A stretch of 28,731 bases of DNA from a virus (Duplodnaviria; Caudoviricetes), in IMG/VR virus record IMGVR_UViG_3300023283_000088, positions 1 to 28,731 of that record; one strand, written 5' to 3'. This document shows positions 1 through 9,201 of the stretch, piece by piece. The notes beneath the pieces were generated by a model that did no database searches, was not told the DNA's origin, and worked only from the letters and a program-made list of their open reading frames with translations. The translations under genes were made by a program, and so were the position numbers. Position 1 is the first letter of the stretch. Each line of letters opens with the position of its first letter.

Positions 1-231
1 ATCCCCGCCGTACTCAAGGCGCAGATACCAGGTCGTGCCGGCGTCGGCGGTCTTCCAGATTTCGTATCCGGCCGGCTCGCCGCGCGTCACCGTCGACCAG
101 TCGATCTGCCCCGTGTCCGCCGTCTGAACCCAGCCCAGCGCCGCGATTGCATCGCTGATCGCCTCGCCCCACGCGCGAAACGCCGCGTCGCTGCTGTTGT
201 CCGGTGCGATGTCCAGTTGCTGTACACCCAT
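1..231 (-). CDS. putative tail-associated virion protein, N-terminal part (runs off the window)
   Basis: Read manually: ATG at 231, MGVQQLDIAPDNSSDAAFRAWGEAISDAIAALGWVQTADTGQIDWSTV...GYEIWKTAD...LRLEYGGD; open to base 1; lies downstream of the tail genes. Confidence 0.75.
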   Translation of the reverse strand, partial: MGVQQLDIAPDNSSDAAFRAWGEAISDAIAALGWVQTADTGQIDWSTVTRGEPAGYEIWKTADAGTTWYLRLEYGGD

Positions 232-250
232 GATTAACCTGCTTCCGGGT

Positions 251-901
251 TTAGTTGGAGGTCACTTCCATCGAGCCGGCGGGGGCCATGGCCGGGTCGC
301 CGTTCTGAACGGCCTTGGACGCATCCCAGGCCCCGCTGACGATCATCAGGCCGAGCAGATCCAGATTGCCGTCGACCGTGCCGTCGCTGATCGCCTCTTC
401 GACGTTGATGGTCGTGTTCGGCGAGCTGAACGATGAGCCGCTGCGGATCGTGTACACACCGTCGTTGCCGGTGCTGTCGCGCACGCGGATCAGATCGCCG
501 GCCGTAAGCTGCCCGGTGATGTCGGTAGCCACCTCGAACGATGCCGCGCCCGCCGAACCGGTGTTCACCGCCGCCACGGCGTGCGTGGCGATGTCGCGGT
601 CAAAGATCGCGAAGTGGCTGATCGTTCCCCAGTCAGCCGAGGCCGTGCCAAAGCTCAGCTCGTTCTTGTTGGTGACTTTGTGGACCGACCCGTCCTTCGC
701 CGGCTCGTTCCAGTTGCCCGACCCCGCATCGTTCTGCACGCGGCCGTAGCCGGACGCTTCGAGCGGTTCGTCGAACGCCAGGCCATCGTCGCCGGGCGCG
801 GCTTTCGAGAGGGCGACGTGGAACGTCGACCCGAAGATCGACGAGCCGGCGATGAAGATGCTGTTGAGAATGTCGTATTCAGATTGATTGTGCAGCGGCA
901 T
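251..901 (-). CDS. putative tail/fibre-associated protein with an inserted beta-rich domain
   Basis: Motifs HVALSKAAPGDDG, E..ASGYGR, VTNKNELSFGTASADWGTISHFAIFD and KAVQNGD...PAGSMEV resemble a widespread small phage tail protein; GGAG RBS. Confidence 0.7.
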   Translation of the reverse strand: MPLHNQSEYDILNSIFIAGSSIFGSTFHVALSKAAPGDDGLAFDEPLEASGYGRVQNDAGSGNWNEPAKDGSVHKVTNKNELSFGTASADWGTISHFAIFDRDIATHAVAAVNTGSAGAASFEVATDITGQLTAGDLIRVRDSTGNDGVYTIRSGSSFSSPNTTINVEEAISDGTVDGNLDLLGLMIVSGAWDASKAVQNGDPAMAPAGSMEVTSN

Positions 902-913
902 GGTGCTACTCCG

Positions 914-1492
914 TTAGCTGGTGGCCAGCAGCCCCGCGTCGCGCAGGTTCTGCATCAGTTCGTTGATTTTGTTGGCACAGTCTTCGGCGGTCGCCGAGCC
1001 TGGCGAGGCGATGTCGGTGACGGCCGCCGCCTGATTGTCCTGGATGATCGACTCCGGGCGGCGATCGACGATGTCGGACTCGGCGAAGCTGCCAGCGGCG
1101 AGGGTGACCTCGGCGAGCTTGATGTGCCGCGTCGACGGCCAGCCGGCCGCATCGCTGCCGTGCCCGATCTTCGCGGTGCCGCCATCGTTGTAGAGCCAGA
1201 TGTAGGCGGTGTCGTTGTTTTCGTCAGAGAGGTCGACGGTGCCCCCGGCGTAAACGAGCACCGTGCCGTCGAGCGTGAGGCGGCCCGGCATGACGCGCAC
1301 GGTCACATCGTCTGCGTCATCCTTGCGGACCTGGAAGAACGATGCCGCCGTGACATCCACGTGCAGCAGCGTCTGGATCAGCCAGTCGTACCAGGGCTGT
1401 TTGCCCGAGCCGGGCACCAGGGCGCCGGTCTTATCGAACCGCGAGGATTCGGGCGTGGGGAACTGTGTTGTCGGCGTGTCTTTGACAGCCAT
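914..1492 (-). CDS. virion structural protein with a head-fibre-like C-terminal helical motif
   Basis: C-terminus QAAAVTDIASPGSATAEDCANKINELMQNLRDAGLLA fits the fibre-anchor pattern seen in phage fibre proteins; position in the tail region. Confidence 0.6.
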   Translation of the reverse strand: MAVKDTPTTQFPTPESSRFDKTGALVPGSGKQPWYDWLIQTLLHVDVTAASFFQVRKDDADDVTVRVMPGRLTLDGTVLVYAGGTVDLSDENNDTAYIWLYNDGGTAKIGHGSDAAGWPSTRHIKLAEVTLAAGSFAESDIVDRRPESIIQDNQAAAVTDIASPGSATAEDCANKINELMQNLRDAGLLATS

Positions 1493-1514
1493 GTGAGGGC
1501 CTTTCGAATGCTTG

Positions 1515-2006
1515 TTAAACGCCCGGTGATTGCGTCCAAGAAAGCCGGGCTTCGTGGGTGTTGCCGGTCGACGCGAGTGTCAGGCCGCGGGCGCCCTTCG
1601 GGCGATCGCTGAGGCCGACCAGCGTCTCGCTGACGCTGCTGCGGTTGTCGTGTTCGTCCGCGACCTTCACGCCCAGGGCGAGCACGCCGCAGATGTCAGT
1701 CGGGTCGTAGGCGTGCTCCAGGACGGCGCGGGGCATGTCGTTGACGCCCAGGGCCCCATAGCCCAGCTCGCCGTCGCCCAGGCCGTGGCCGGTCGCGGTG
1801 AATCCGAGCTCGACCGTGCCGAGCGGGTCCATGCCCAGCCCGCCGCGGAGCGATCCTTCCCAGGGCGGCCGATCCGAGACCCGCTCGCCGCCGGCCGGAT
1901 CCGACGCCGCCAGGTCGGCCACATTCTCATCGCCGACGAAAAGCTCCAGCAGATCGGTCGGCAGCCAATCCAGATCGATCGGGACTTTGACATTGATATC
2001 AGCCAT
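1515..2006 (-). CDS. hypothetical tail-region protein with Gly-Leu repeats and a partial FN3-like C-terminus
   Basis: GLGMDPLG..LG..GHGLGDGELGYGALG repeats; C-terminal P.GARGLTL...ARLSWTQSP; abuts the upstream stop. Confidence 0.6.
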   Translation of the reverse strand: MADINVKVPIDLDWLPTDLLELFVGDENVADLAASDPAGGERVSDRPPWEGSLRGGLGMDPLGTVELGFTATGHGLGDGELGYGALGVNDMPRAVLEHAYDPTDICGVLALGVKVADEHDNRSSVSETLVGLSDRPKGARGLTLASTGNTHEARLSWTQSPGV

Positions 2007-4246
2007 CAGCGCACCCCCGCCATGCGCTGGTCTTCGAGCGACACCTCGATCGCCTGGCTCTCGGCCCGGCCGAGGATGTACTTGATCGCGACGATCGACG
2101 GGTAGGTCTTCAGCGGCCCGACGTTGGACGCGAATGAAATATCCCGGCCTCTGAGCCCGGAGATCCGGTTGCCGATCTGGTAGCGTTTGAAATCCATGAT
2201 CGGCGTGCTGGCGGTCACCGAGACACGCACGTCCTCCAGCAGATCCCGCCGGCGGTCGGCCAGCTCCTGGACGCTGGCGCTGGTTTTCAACTCGTCGCTG
2301 CCTTCGACGGCCACGCCGGCGATGCGCTTCCAGGTGAGCGTGCCGAGTTCGTTGGCGTCGTTAAACGGCGTGTCCGGCTGGATCCAGTACTCCTCGACCG
2401 GGACGCTCATCCATTGCTGGCGCGGGTAGATCGATGCGCTGGTCGGCTGGCGGCGGGCTTCGGCTCGGTTGGCGTGATCGGCGATCACCACGCAGGTCAG
2501 ACGCATGCGCAGCGACTTGTCCTTGATCAGCTTCCACCAGCTTTTATCCACGTCGATGGACGTGCTGTTGCCAAGGGCGACCTGCATGTTGTAGCTGGCG
2601 AGGTTGTCGATGCCCTCGATCTGGATCGCGAACAGGTCGCGGAGCGTTTTGAATTTGCGCGGGTAGATCTGCCATTCGGCGCCGCCGTCCTCGCTGACTT
2701 CCAGCGCGTACTGGATGCCGTGGCGACGCGCCTCGGGGCTGATCAGCGGCAGCGGCTGGCGCTGGCGCTTGGTCCAGGCGATCGCATTGGTGATGCCGGC
2801 GTCGACGCGACGCTTCTTGATCGCGTTGTCGGCGTTGTTCAGATCGAGCTCGACGACGAAGTCGAAGCCGTCCTCATCATGCGCGTATTCTGCATCGCCG
2901 GTCTCGTAGCCATCGAAGCCGCCGACGCAGTCGATTCCCCACACGCGGCCGACGTGGCCGTGCTTCTTGTAGAGCACGCCGCCGACCACGTGCTTGGCGT
3001 GGTAGCCGTCGCCTTCTTTTTTTTCCTTGGTCGTGGTCTGCAGGGCCTTGTCGATCTCCGCGTCGTCGATTTCGTCAGGCGACCACATCGGCTTGATCGG
3101 GAACGTCGCCTCGATGTAGCTGTTGGCCGCCACGCTGACGTGGTTGACGATATCCTCGGCGTCGAAGGTCGCCTGGAAGCGCGGCACGTTGTTTCTCTGC
3201 ATCAGCTTCTCGACGTCGTCGTAGGTGCTGCCGCCGGCGGCCAGGTCGAATGATTGCAGCCGGCCGGTGTTGCGACGCCAGATGCCCAGCACGTGGCGAC
3301 GATCCAGATTCAACTCGAAGCCGACCGTGTCGATCGTCTCGATCACCATGTCGAACCCCGCCGCATCACAGACCGTCTCGAAGGCTTCGAGGCATCCCAG
3401 CCCCTGGATGTTGACTTCGGGCAGGATGTCGTCGAGGCCCTTGAAGCGATCGGCCCGCGCGGCGGTCGTGCTGTCTTCGAGCAGTGCCTCCGCCGACGAC
3501 TGGTAGATGTCGAGGTTGCGAGGCTGCCGGCCGGTCTCCTCGGCGCCGTAGATCAGGTTGACCAGGATCCACAGCAGCGCCTCGCGCACGGTCCACGCCG
3601 CGCCGCTCGGGTCGTCATCGTGCGTCCAGGTCGGCGCCGTGAGCGTCACCGTCTGCGCCACCGCCTGGGCGGTGATCGTCTTGTCTCTGGCCATGTTCGG
3701 CCGGCCGCCGAAGTTGAACACCGCCGGCAGGTCGGGTGTCTCGATGCCGAAGATTTCTTCTTCGACTTTGATCGATCGCCCGCGCACCATCTTGAAGCCG
3801 TTGTCCAGGCGGGGCATCGCCCAGGCGGTCAGTTCCAGGGCCTGCACGACGCCGTCGGCCCTGGACTGCAGCGTCGGCAGCGGCCGCCGCAGCAGCCCCT
3901 CGAACACAATGAAGCCCTGCTCGCCATCGGACAGCGGGTCGTAAGGGGAAAAGCCGTCGTCGTCCAGCGGATCGACGACGACCTTCACGTGATCGTCGGT
4001 CGAGAAGTAAGCCAGCATCTTCTCGACTGATTTTTCCGACGCGTCGAGCGGCACGAAGGTGAACATCGCCTTGGGCCCGGCGGCGCCGGTTTCGTGATTG
4101 ACCCACTCACACCGCAGGCGCGGCTCGATGACCCAGCCGTCGAAGTTGCCGTCGTAAGGCAGCATGCCGTAGACCTTGCGGCGCCGCGCGTACACGCGGT
4201 GCGTGACCGGTCGGATGATTCGCGATGTCACCTTCTGCGTCGTCAT
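2006..4246 (-). CDS. large tail tip/baseplate hub-like protein
   Basis: About 746 aa from ATG 4246, which overlaps the TGA of the upstream gene; second gene after the tape measure; function from position only. Confidence 0.6.
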   Translation of the reverse strand: MTTQKVTSRIIRPVTHRVYARRRKVYGMLPYDGNFDGWVIEPRLRCEWVNHETGAAGPKAMFTFVPLDASEKSVEKMLAYFSTDDHVKVVVDPLDDDGFSPYDPLSDGEQGFIVFEGLLRRPLPTLQSRADGVVQALELTAWAMPRLDNGFKMVRGRSIKVEEEIFGIETPDLPAVFNFGGRPNMARDKTITAQAVAQTVTLTAPTWTHDDDPSGAAWTVREALLWILVNLIYGAEETGRQPRNLDIYQSSAEALLEDSTTAARADRFKGLDDILPEVNIQGLGCLEAFETVCDAAGFDMVIETIDTVGFELNLDRRHVLGIWRRNTGRLQSFDLAAGGSTYDDVEKLMQRNNVPRFQATFDAEDIVNHVSVAANSYIEATFPIKPMWSPDEIDDAEIDKALQTTTKEKKEGDGYHAKHVVGGVLYKKHGHVGRVWGIDCVGGFDGYETGDAEYAHDEDGFDFVVELDLNNADNAIKKRRVDAGITNAIAWTKRQRQPLPLISPEARRHGIQYALEVSEDGGAEWQIYPRKFKTLRDLFAIQIEGIDNLASYNMQVALGNSTSIDVDKSWWKLIKDKSLRMRLTCVVIADHANRAEARRQPTSASIYPRQQWMSVPVEEYWIQPDTPFNDANELGTLTWKRIAGVAVEGSDELKTSASVQELADRRRDLLEDVRVSVTASTPIMDFKRYQIGNRISGLRGRDISFASNVGPLKTYPSIVAIKYILGRAESQAIEVSLEDQRMAGVR

Positions 4247-4653
4247 CGTGACAGCTGCCTCCAGGCCCACCGCCAGCGGCGGCCGACTTTCACATCGGAA
4301 TCCGTGGCGATCGTCACCATCGGGCCGACCGGATTGAAGGCGACCAGCTCGCAGTCGGCATAGGTGTTGTCGTACAGCGTGATGGTGTGCACGCTGTCGT
4401 CGCCGCGAAACGCCGCGAAGGCGAGCTCGGCATTGAGCAGGGCCGCGATCGCCTGCGGTCCGGTCGCCGCCGTCGCCTCGATCCAGGAGACGATCTGGAA
4501 GTCCGGCGGCATCAGCGGGCCGCTGAATACGATCCGCTCGGCGATGTCGGGGAACTGGTCCTCGCGCCGCGACTGCGGCTCACCGGGCACCGGCGTGTGC
4601 TCGATGTCGGTGCGTGTGCTCGGCGGCGTTCCATCGATCGCGTAAACCGTCAT
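4243..4653 (-). CDS. putative distal tail-like protein
   Basis: 136 aa, directly after the tape measure with an ATGA overlap and GGAGG RBS. Confidence 0.55.
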   Translation of the reverse strand: MTVYAIDGTPPSTRTDIEHTPVPGEPQSRREDQFPDIAERIVFSGPLMPPDFQIVSWIEATAATGPQAIAALLNAELAFAAFRGDDSVHTITLYDNTYADCELVAFNPVGPMVTIATDSDVKVGRRWRWAWRQLSR

Positions 4654-6119
4654 GGCAGATCAGACCTCCCCGTCGATTCGGTCTGATGGGTCGTGCCGTC
4701 CGGGTTGACGGTGTTGTATTCCTGACCCTGGTTGATTCGACCGTAATTGATAATCAAGTTGCCGGTGCCGGACCGCTGAATGTTCTGCTCGACAGCTTCC
4801 GTCGCCGGGCTTGTTCCAAATTCACCCAAACGTGAAGCTGTGATTGGGTCGAAACCCAGGAATGTTGCAGTATCAAACACAAAGCCCGATGCCCCTCTGC
4901 CGATCGTGCCGACCCCCTCCTCGAACTGAGCTCGCTCGAATGTGACTTTGCCCAGTTCTGATCGCATGGCATCGAGGGATCTTTCGCTCGTTGCACGCGC
5001 CGCCTCCAGCCGAGCTCGTTCCTGCCGCAGGTTGATCGACAACCTCAGTCGTTCATCATCTTTCACCTGGTTCTGGATCACCTCGGCGGTGAGGTCTCGG
5101 TCGGTGTCCTGCGCCGCGTCGACTGATCGCACCTTCGCCAAAAAGTCTTTTAGTTGCTGTGGATCAACCAGGCTGGAAAACACACCGACCGCCTCGCGGC
5201 CGCCAATCTCTTCGAGTTGCGCTTCGGTGATCTGTCCTGACTGAACCGCAGCGGACAAGGATTGGAGCTGCTGCAGCAGCGGAGCGTCTTGAGCGATGCC
5301 CGCTGCGTCGAGGATCCCCCGGCCCGCCGGCGTGCCCTTGCCTCGCAGCGAAAGCGTGACGTTCTTGATACCGGTGATGGCCTCTTCCGGGTTGAGCCCG
5401 AGTCCAGTCGCTGCGGCAGCGACACCGGCGGCCTCGCCTGCATCGAGCCCGCCCAGGCCGGTGCCGACGCCGAGGAATTTCGCAAACAGCGGCGAGAGTT
5501 TGCCCGGATCAGAAACGCCGGCCTGGTTGATCGCCTCCCGCAGAATGTTCTGGGCTTTCTGCGGGTCCTTTTCAAACTGCTGGATGGTCGCGAACGCATT
5601 CACCAGCGATTGCAATGGCGCCTCAGTCGTTAGACCGCTTTCGGCTACCTGCAGAAACAACTGCTGCTGCTGCTGTTTGTCGAGCTGAGGCAGGCGGCTG
5701 CGCAGCTCGCCGAATGCCCGAGCGGTTTCCGTGACCGATCGACCTGCGAATGCCGCTGCCTTGCCTACAAACTCACGCTGCTGGGGGTCGAACTCCTGAT
5801 CCAGGAACTGAAGGTTCAAGCTGGCCTCGACCACCGCCTCGGTGTCCTGGACAAATGCTTGCATTTCGGAGCGAATGGCCTGGATCGCCTGCTGGAGACC
5901 CGCCGCACCCACGAACGTGCTGATCAGGCCGCGAGCGCTTTCTCGCATCCTGTCAAGAGACATGCCGGCCTCGTCGTGATCCCGGCTCGCATCCTTCGAC
6001 GCCTTGCCGGTGTCCTTGACCTCGCGCGCAAGTTTCTTCTCCTCCGCGGAGACCTTCTTGAGGTTCTCCACGGCGTTGCCTTCGACGTCGACGCGTTGTT
6101 TGATCGGCTTGTTGGCCAT
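4650..6119 (-). CDS. tail tape measure protein (short, 489 aa)
   Basis: Ala/Gln/Gly-rich helical composition, N-terminal coiled coil, core GLDAGEAAGVAAAATGLGLNPEEAITGIKN resembling tape-measure cores; follows the tube-like gene. Confidence 0.75.
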   Translation of the reverse strand: MANKPIKQRVDVEGNAVENLKKVSAEEKKLAREVKDTGKASKDASRDHDEAGMSLDRMRESARGLISTFVGAAGLQQAIQAIRSEMQAFVQDTEAVVEASLNLQFLDQEFDPQQREFVGKAAAFAGRSVTETARAFGELRSRLPQLDKQQQQQLFLQVAESGLTTEAPLQSLVNAFATIQQFEKDPQKAQNILREAINQAGVSDPGKLSPLFAKFLGVGTGLGGLDAGEAAGVAAAATGLGLNPEEAITGIKNVTLSLRGKGTPAGRGILDAAGIAQDAPLLQQLQSLSAAVQSGQITEAQLEEIGGREAVGVFSSLVDPQQLKDFLAKVRSVDAAQDTDRDLTAEVIQNQVKDDERLRLSINLRQERARLEAARATSERSLDAMRSELGKVTFERAQFEEGVGTIGRGASGFVFDTATFLGFDPITASRLGEFGTSPATEAVEQNIQRSGTGNLIINYGRINQGQEYNTVNPDGTTHQTESTGRSDLP

Positions 6120-6128
6120 GGTGTCTTA

Positions 6129-6560
6129 TCAGGCGGCGGCGATGGTGATCGGCAGGACGGTCGGCGATGCCGCGTCGGCGTGCGCCTTGCCGGTGATCGA
6201 AAACGTGCCGTGCTCGTCACGCTGCAGGTTCTCCTGCGTCGTGTCGTATTCCAGATCGGTGATGGTGATGTCGTAGTTACTGCCGTCATCGCCCTCGGCC
6301 ACGAGCACGGCGTCGGCCTTGGCGGCGTTCAGCAGGTTCAGCGCGTACTCGTAACTCTCGGCCTGCACGGTGATCGTCACCGGGAAGTCGGCCATGCCCA
6401 GCCGGTTGCTGCCGGTGGGGTAGAACTCACCCTCGTCTTTCTTGGCGACCAGCCGGCCTTTGGTGATGCTGATCGACCCGGAGTCGATGCCCTTGTATCG
6501 ATCGGCTCCGTGGGTGTAGCTGAGGATGTTTTTCAGTCGTACGTTTGTCTTGTCGGCCAT
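6129..6560 (-). CDS. putative tail tube protein
   Basis: 143 aa, beta-rich (SGSISIT, VTITVQ, YDITIT, GTFSITG); lies between the neck genes and the tape measure; GGAG RBS. Confidence 0.55.
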   Translation of the reverse strand: MADKTNVRLKNILSYTHGADRYKGIDSGSISITKGRLVAKKDEGEFYPTGSNRLGMADFPVTITVQAESYEYALNLLNAAKADAVLVAEGDDGSNYDITITDLEYDTTQENLQRDEHGTFSITGKAHADAASPTVLPITIAAA

Positions 6561-6575
6561 GTTGATGCTCCGTGT

Positions 6576-7019
6576 TTATTCGCCGGTGGTGGCGCGTGTT
6601 CGGTCCCGTGTGATTTCCCAGCCGCAGATCATGCCGACGATCGCGTCCTTGTCGTCGAGGCCGAGCGGTGTCTGCGAATCCGTCTGCGCGAAGCCGCGAG
6701 CGCCGGCCGGGCCCTTGACCTCCAGGCCTTCGAGCCTGGCGTGCACCGCGTCGTAGGCATCGCGCAGTTGTTCGATGTCGCCTTTGCTTGACCCGCCGTC
6801 GACCTTGAGCACGAACATCGTGACGAGCTGGATCGTCGAGCGTTTGTCTTCCTCCACGAGCTGATCGTCGGTCTGCACCTCGACCAGCCACAGGGCCATG
6901 CTGCCGCGCATGCGTGTGAGGTCGACGCGGCCGATGATCACATCGTCGGCGTCGAGCCCGACGTCGCCGGCGACGATGTGCGACTTCACGGCGTTGATGA
7001 TTGCGTTGATCGTGGCCAT
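6576..7019 (-). CDS. putative tail terminator/completion protein
   Basis: 147 aa; begins with an amphipathic helix (INAIINAVKSHI); canonical position before the tube gene. Confidence 0.5.
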   Translation of the reverse strand: MATINAIINAVKSHIVAGDVGLDADDVIIGRVDLTRMRGSMALWLVEVQTDDQLVEEDKRSTIQLVTMFVLKVDGGSSKGDIEQLRDAYDAVHARLEGLEVKGPAGARGFAQTDSQTPLGLDDKDAIVGMICGWEITRDRTRATTGE

Positions 7020-7759
7020 CAGGTTGAGCCCTCCAGGCCGCGGAGCAGTCCCTGCTCTAGCAGCTCACGCACCCGGCCCAGCCGCTCTTCGACGGCGATG
7101 CGCAGGCCGTCGGTGCCTCTGATCTGCACGCTGTCCTTGAGCACGAACAACAGCTTGCCTTTGTCGAGCCCCTTCTTTTTGCCGCGCTTGAAACGGCCGC
7201 CGGTCGGGGCGAAGACCGACTCGCGATCCGAAAGCCGCGACGCCTGGCGTGCTTCCGGCAGCACCGCGACCATGTTGCCTTTTTTGGATTTGAATATCCG
7301 CAGCAGGCGCTTGCCGGTGGGCGAAGTCTTGGACATCGCCTCGCGCGGGCTCATGCGCGTCTGGCCGCTCTTGGTCACGTTGTCGGCGATCGGGATCCAC
7401 AGGTGGTTGGCGTTCTTCGGCGTGATGGTCGTCACGCCGCCGCTGAGCAGGGTCTGCGCGTATCGTGCGGCCGTGCCTTTGCCGGCTCCGACCTCGAAGC
7501 TCAGCTTGCCCGGCACGACCCGCGAGAAGGTCGATTGCAGCAGCGAGCCCGAGCGTACAGCCAGAGGCAGATCCCCGCCGCGCTTCTTGCTGACATCGCC
7601 GCCGCGCAGCTGGGTGTTGACCAGGTGCCCTTCGATCTCGCCGCCAGCCCGGCCGATCGCTTTCTTCAGCTCGCGCAGGACGCGCGACGGCCGCTGCGCG
7701 TTGTCCTGGATCACACGCTCGGATTCGCGGGTCAGGCTGGTGCGGATCTCGATGCTCAC
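7019..7759 (-). CDS. virion morphogenesis/neck protein (HK97 gp10 or Mu gpG-like)
   Basis: GTG 7759 overlaps the upstream TGA; basic protein with VRSGSLLQS and ARYAQTLLSGG..TITPKNANHLWIP motifs. Confidence 0.65.
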   Translation of the reverse strand: MSIEIRTSLTRESERVIQDNAQRPSRVLRELKKAIGRAGGEIEGHLVNTQLRGGDVSKKRGGDLPLAVRSGSLLQSTFSRVVPGKLSFEVGAGKGTAARYAQTLLSGGVTTITPKNANHLWIPIADNVTKSGQTRMSPREAMSKTSPTGKRLLRIFKSKKGNMVAVLPEARQASRLSDRESVFAPTGGRFKRGKKKGLDKGKLLFVLKDSVQIRGTDGLRIAVEERLGRVRELLEQGLLRGLEGST

Positions 7760-8607
7760 AGCGATAACCTCCGCAGCCGGCTGGCGGCGTCGATCAGCGT
7801 CGGGTGCGTCTCGGCGACGGGGTCGATCCCGCCGCCCTGGCCAAGACTGACATCGCTCACGCCGGCGGTGTCCTTGGTCTGCCACAGCCGCTGGGCTTCC
7901 AGCAGCACGCCGTGCTGCAGGTTGCCCGGCGGGATCAGCATGCCGCTGTAGCCGCTGGTGATGTCTCCGTCGACCAGATCGGAGCCGGCCAGTGATTCGC
8001 TCAGCGTGATCGAGTCAGCGTCGACGCGCGAGGCGACACGGTACTGGCCGAGCGTGGCGCCCGTGCCGGCGGTGATCACGATCACGTCGCCGGCGGTGTG
8101 GCTGTAATTGGCGAACGCCCCGGTCTCGGTGAGCGTCTTCGTCGCCGTCGTCCATGTGGCCCCGGTGAGCGTCACCTCGATGCGCGAGGGGTCGACGTAG
8201 CCGGCCGTCGTCACGATGCGCAGGCTGCGCGGCCCGAGGTGCCACCAGCCGTTGATCCTGCGCAGCGTGGCGCTCGTCTGCGAATGGATGATGTAATCCT
8301 CGAACTCGACCAGGGCCGTCTCCGCTTCGAAGTCAGCATCGCTGCCGGCTGCGTAGAGCTGCTTGACGGACTCGACGGATTCGATCGGCCGATGCGACAG
8401 GGCGACCAGCTGCTGGCTCTCGTGGGTCATCTGGCTGGGGAACTCGACGATTCCCTGCTCGCGGCGCAGCTGGCCATCGCCGACGCCGACGAGCGATTCG
8501 GCGATCGACGAGGCGCGCTCGAGCATCTGGATCGCCAGGGCATCGTTGTCGATGCCGGACCATCCGAGCAGGGACTTGAAATCAGCGAGTTTGGCGAGAG
8601 CGGGCAT
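7756..8607 (-). CDS. head-tail adaptor (gp6/gp15-like) with an inserted beta domain
   Basis: LAKLADFKSLL..DNDALAIQMLERASSIAES, RPIESVESVK, LRIVTTAGY and PPGNLQHGVLLEAQRLW motifs typical of head-tail connectors. Confidence 0.8.
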   Translation of the reverse strand: MPALAKLADFKSLLGWSGIDNDALAIQMLERASSIAESLVGVGDGQLRREQGIVEFPSQMTHESQQLVALSHRPIESVESVKQLYAAGSDADFEAETALVEFEDYIIHSQTSATLRRINGWWHLGPRSLRIVTTAGYVDPSRIEVTLTGATWTTATKTLTETGAFANYSHTAGDVIVITAGTGATLGQYRVASRVDADSITLSESLAGSDLVDGDITSGYSGMLIPPGNLQHGVLLEAQRLWQTKDTAGVSDVSLGQGGGIDPVAETHPTLIDAASRLRRLSL

Positions 8608-8623
8608 CCGCGGGCTCCATCAT

Positions 8624-8803
8624 TCAGTCGGCGGACTGTTCGGCTTGGGGGTCGGGTTTGGCTGGCTGGCGGGCCAGCTCCAGCACGCGGTCGGGGAACC
8701 GCAGGCGCTTGGCGTACTGGTAGCTCATCACCTCGCGCGGCGGGTGTCCGCCGTACGGCTCGGTGGTCCTGACTTGATCGTCGTCTTTGAATTTGCCGGG
8801 CAT
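8624..8803 (-). CDS. small hypothetical protein (59 aa)
   Basis: Read manually: GGAG RBS, MPGKFKDDDQVRTTEPYGGHPPREVMSYQYAKRLRFPDRVLELARQPAKPDPQAEQSAD; fills a gap in the operon. Confidence 0.6.
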   Translation of the reverse strand: MPGKFKDDDQVRTTEPYGGHPPREVMSYQYAKRLRFPDRVLELARQPAKPDPQAEQSAD

Positions 8804-8816
8804 CGGGGGATCTCCG

Positions 8817-8936
8817 TTAATGGGTTTCGATGTCTTGGCGTTTCATGCTGCGATCGTTGATCGGCAGCTCACGCTGCTTGGGACGGTCGCGCGGGTCGCG
8901 TGCCTTTTGCTGTTTGTCGTCGGCGCGGTCGTTCAT
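8817..8936 (-). CDS. small charged hypothetical protein (39 aa)
   Basis: Read manually: ATGA overlap with the upstream stop; MNDRADDKQQKARDPRDRPKQRELPINDRSMKRQDIETH. Confidence 0.5.
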   Translation of the reverse strand: MNDRADDKQQKARDPRDRPKQRELPINDRSMKRQDIETH

Positions 8937-9127
8937 GTTCTGATGACTCGAAAGTCCTCCTTGTTCTTGAGCCCCTGCTGGCGGATCCGATCGGATGTCA
9001 GCCAGAGAGGATCGCCGGGGGCGCGTCGAATCGGCCCGGCGATGTGGCGTCTGATCTCGATCAGCATCGGCTTGCCGTTTTTGGTTTTGCTGCGTGGCGT
9101 CTTTTTTTTTGCGCGTCTCTTGGCCAT
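8933..9127 (-). CDS. small basic hypothetical protein (64 aa)
   Basis: ATG 9127 after AAGGGA; MAKRRAKKKTPRSKTKNGKPMLIEIRR... Confidence 0.55.
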   Translation of the reverse strand: MAKRRAKKKTPRSKTKNGKPMLIEIRRHIAGPIRRAPGDPLWLTSDRIRQQGLKNKEDFRVIRT

Positions 9128-9151
9128 ATGAAGTCCCTTTGAAGGCGGTTC

Positions 9152-9176
9152 AAAAACCGCACCCCGCGGGGTGCGG
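9152..9176 (-). terminator. intrinsic terminator after the capsid/decoration genes
   Basis: Perfect 20-nt palindrome ccgcaccccgcggggtgcgg (9157-9176) followed by TTTTT on the minus strand. Confidence 0.7.
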
Positions 9177-9201
9177 CATGTTGAACAGCCGTCGTGACGG
9201 A

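Noticed and set aside
1-4246. Tail-fibre variation system (invertase or diversity-generating retroelement)
   Set aside because: No recombinase, reverse transcriptase or template/variable repeat pair seen; such genes could lie beyond the left edge
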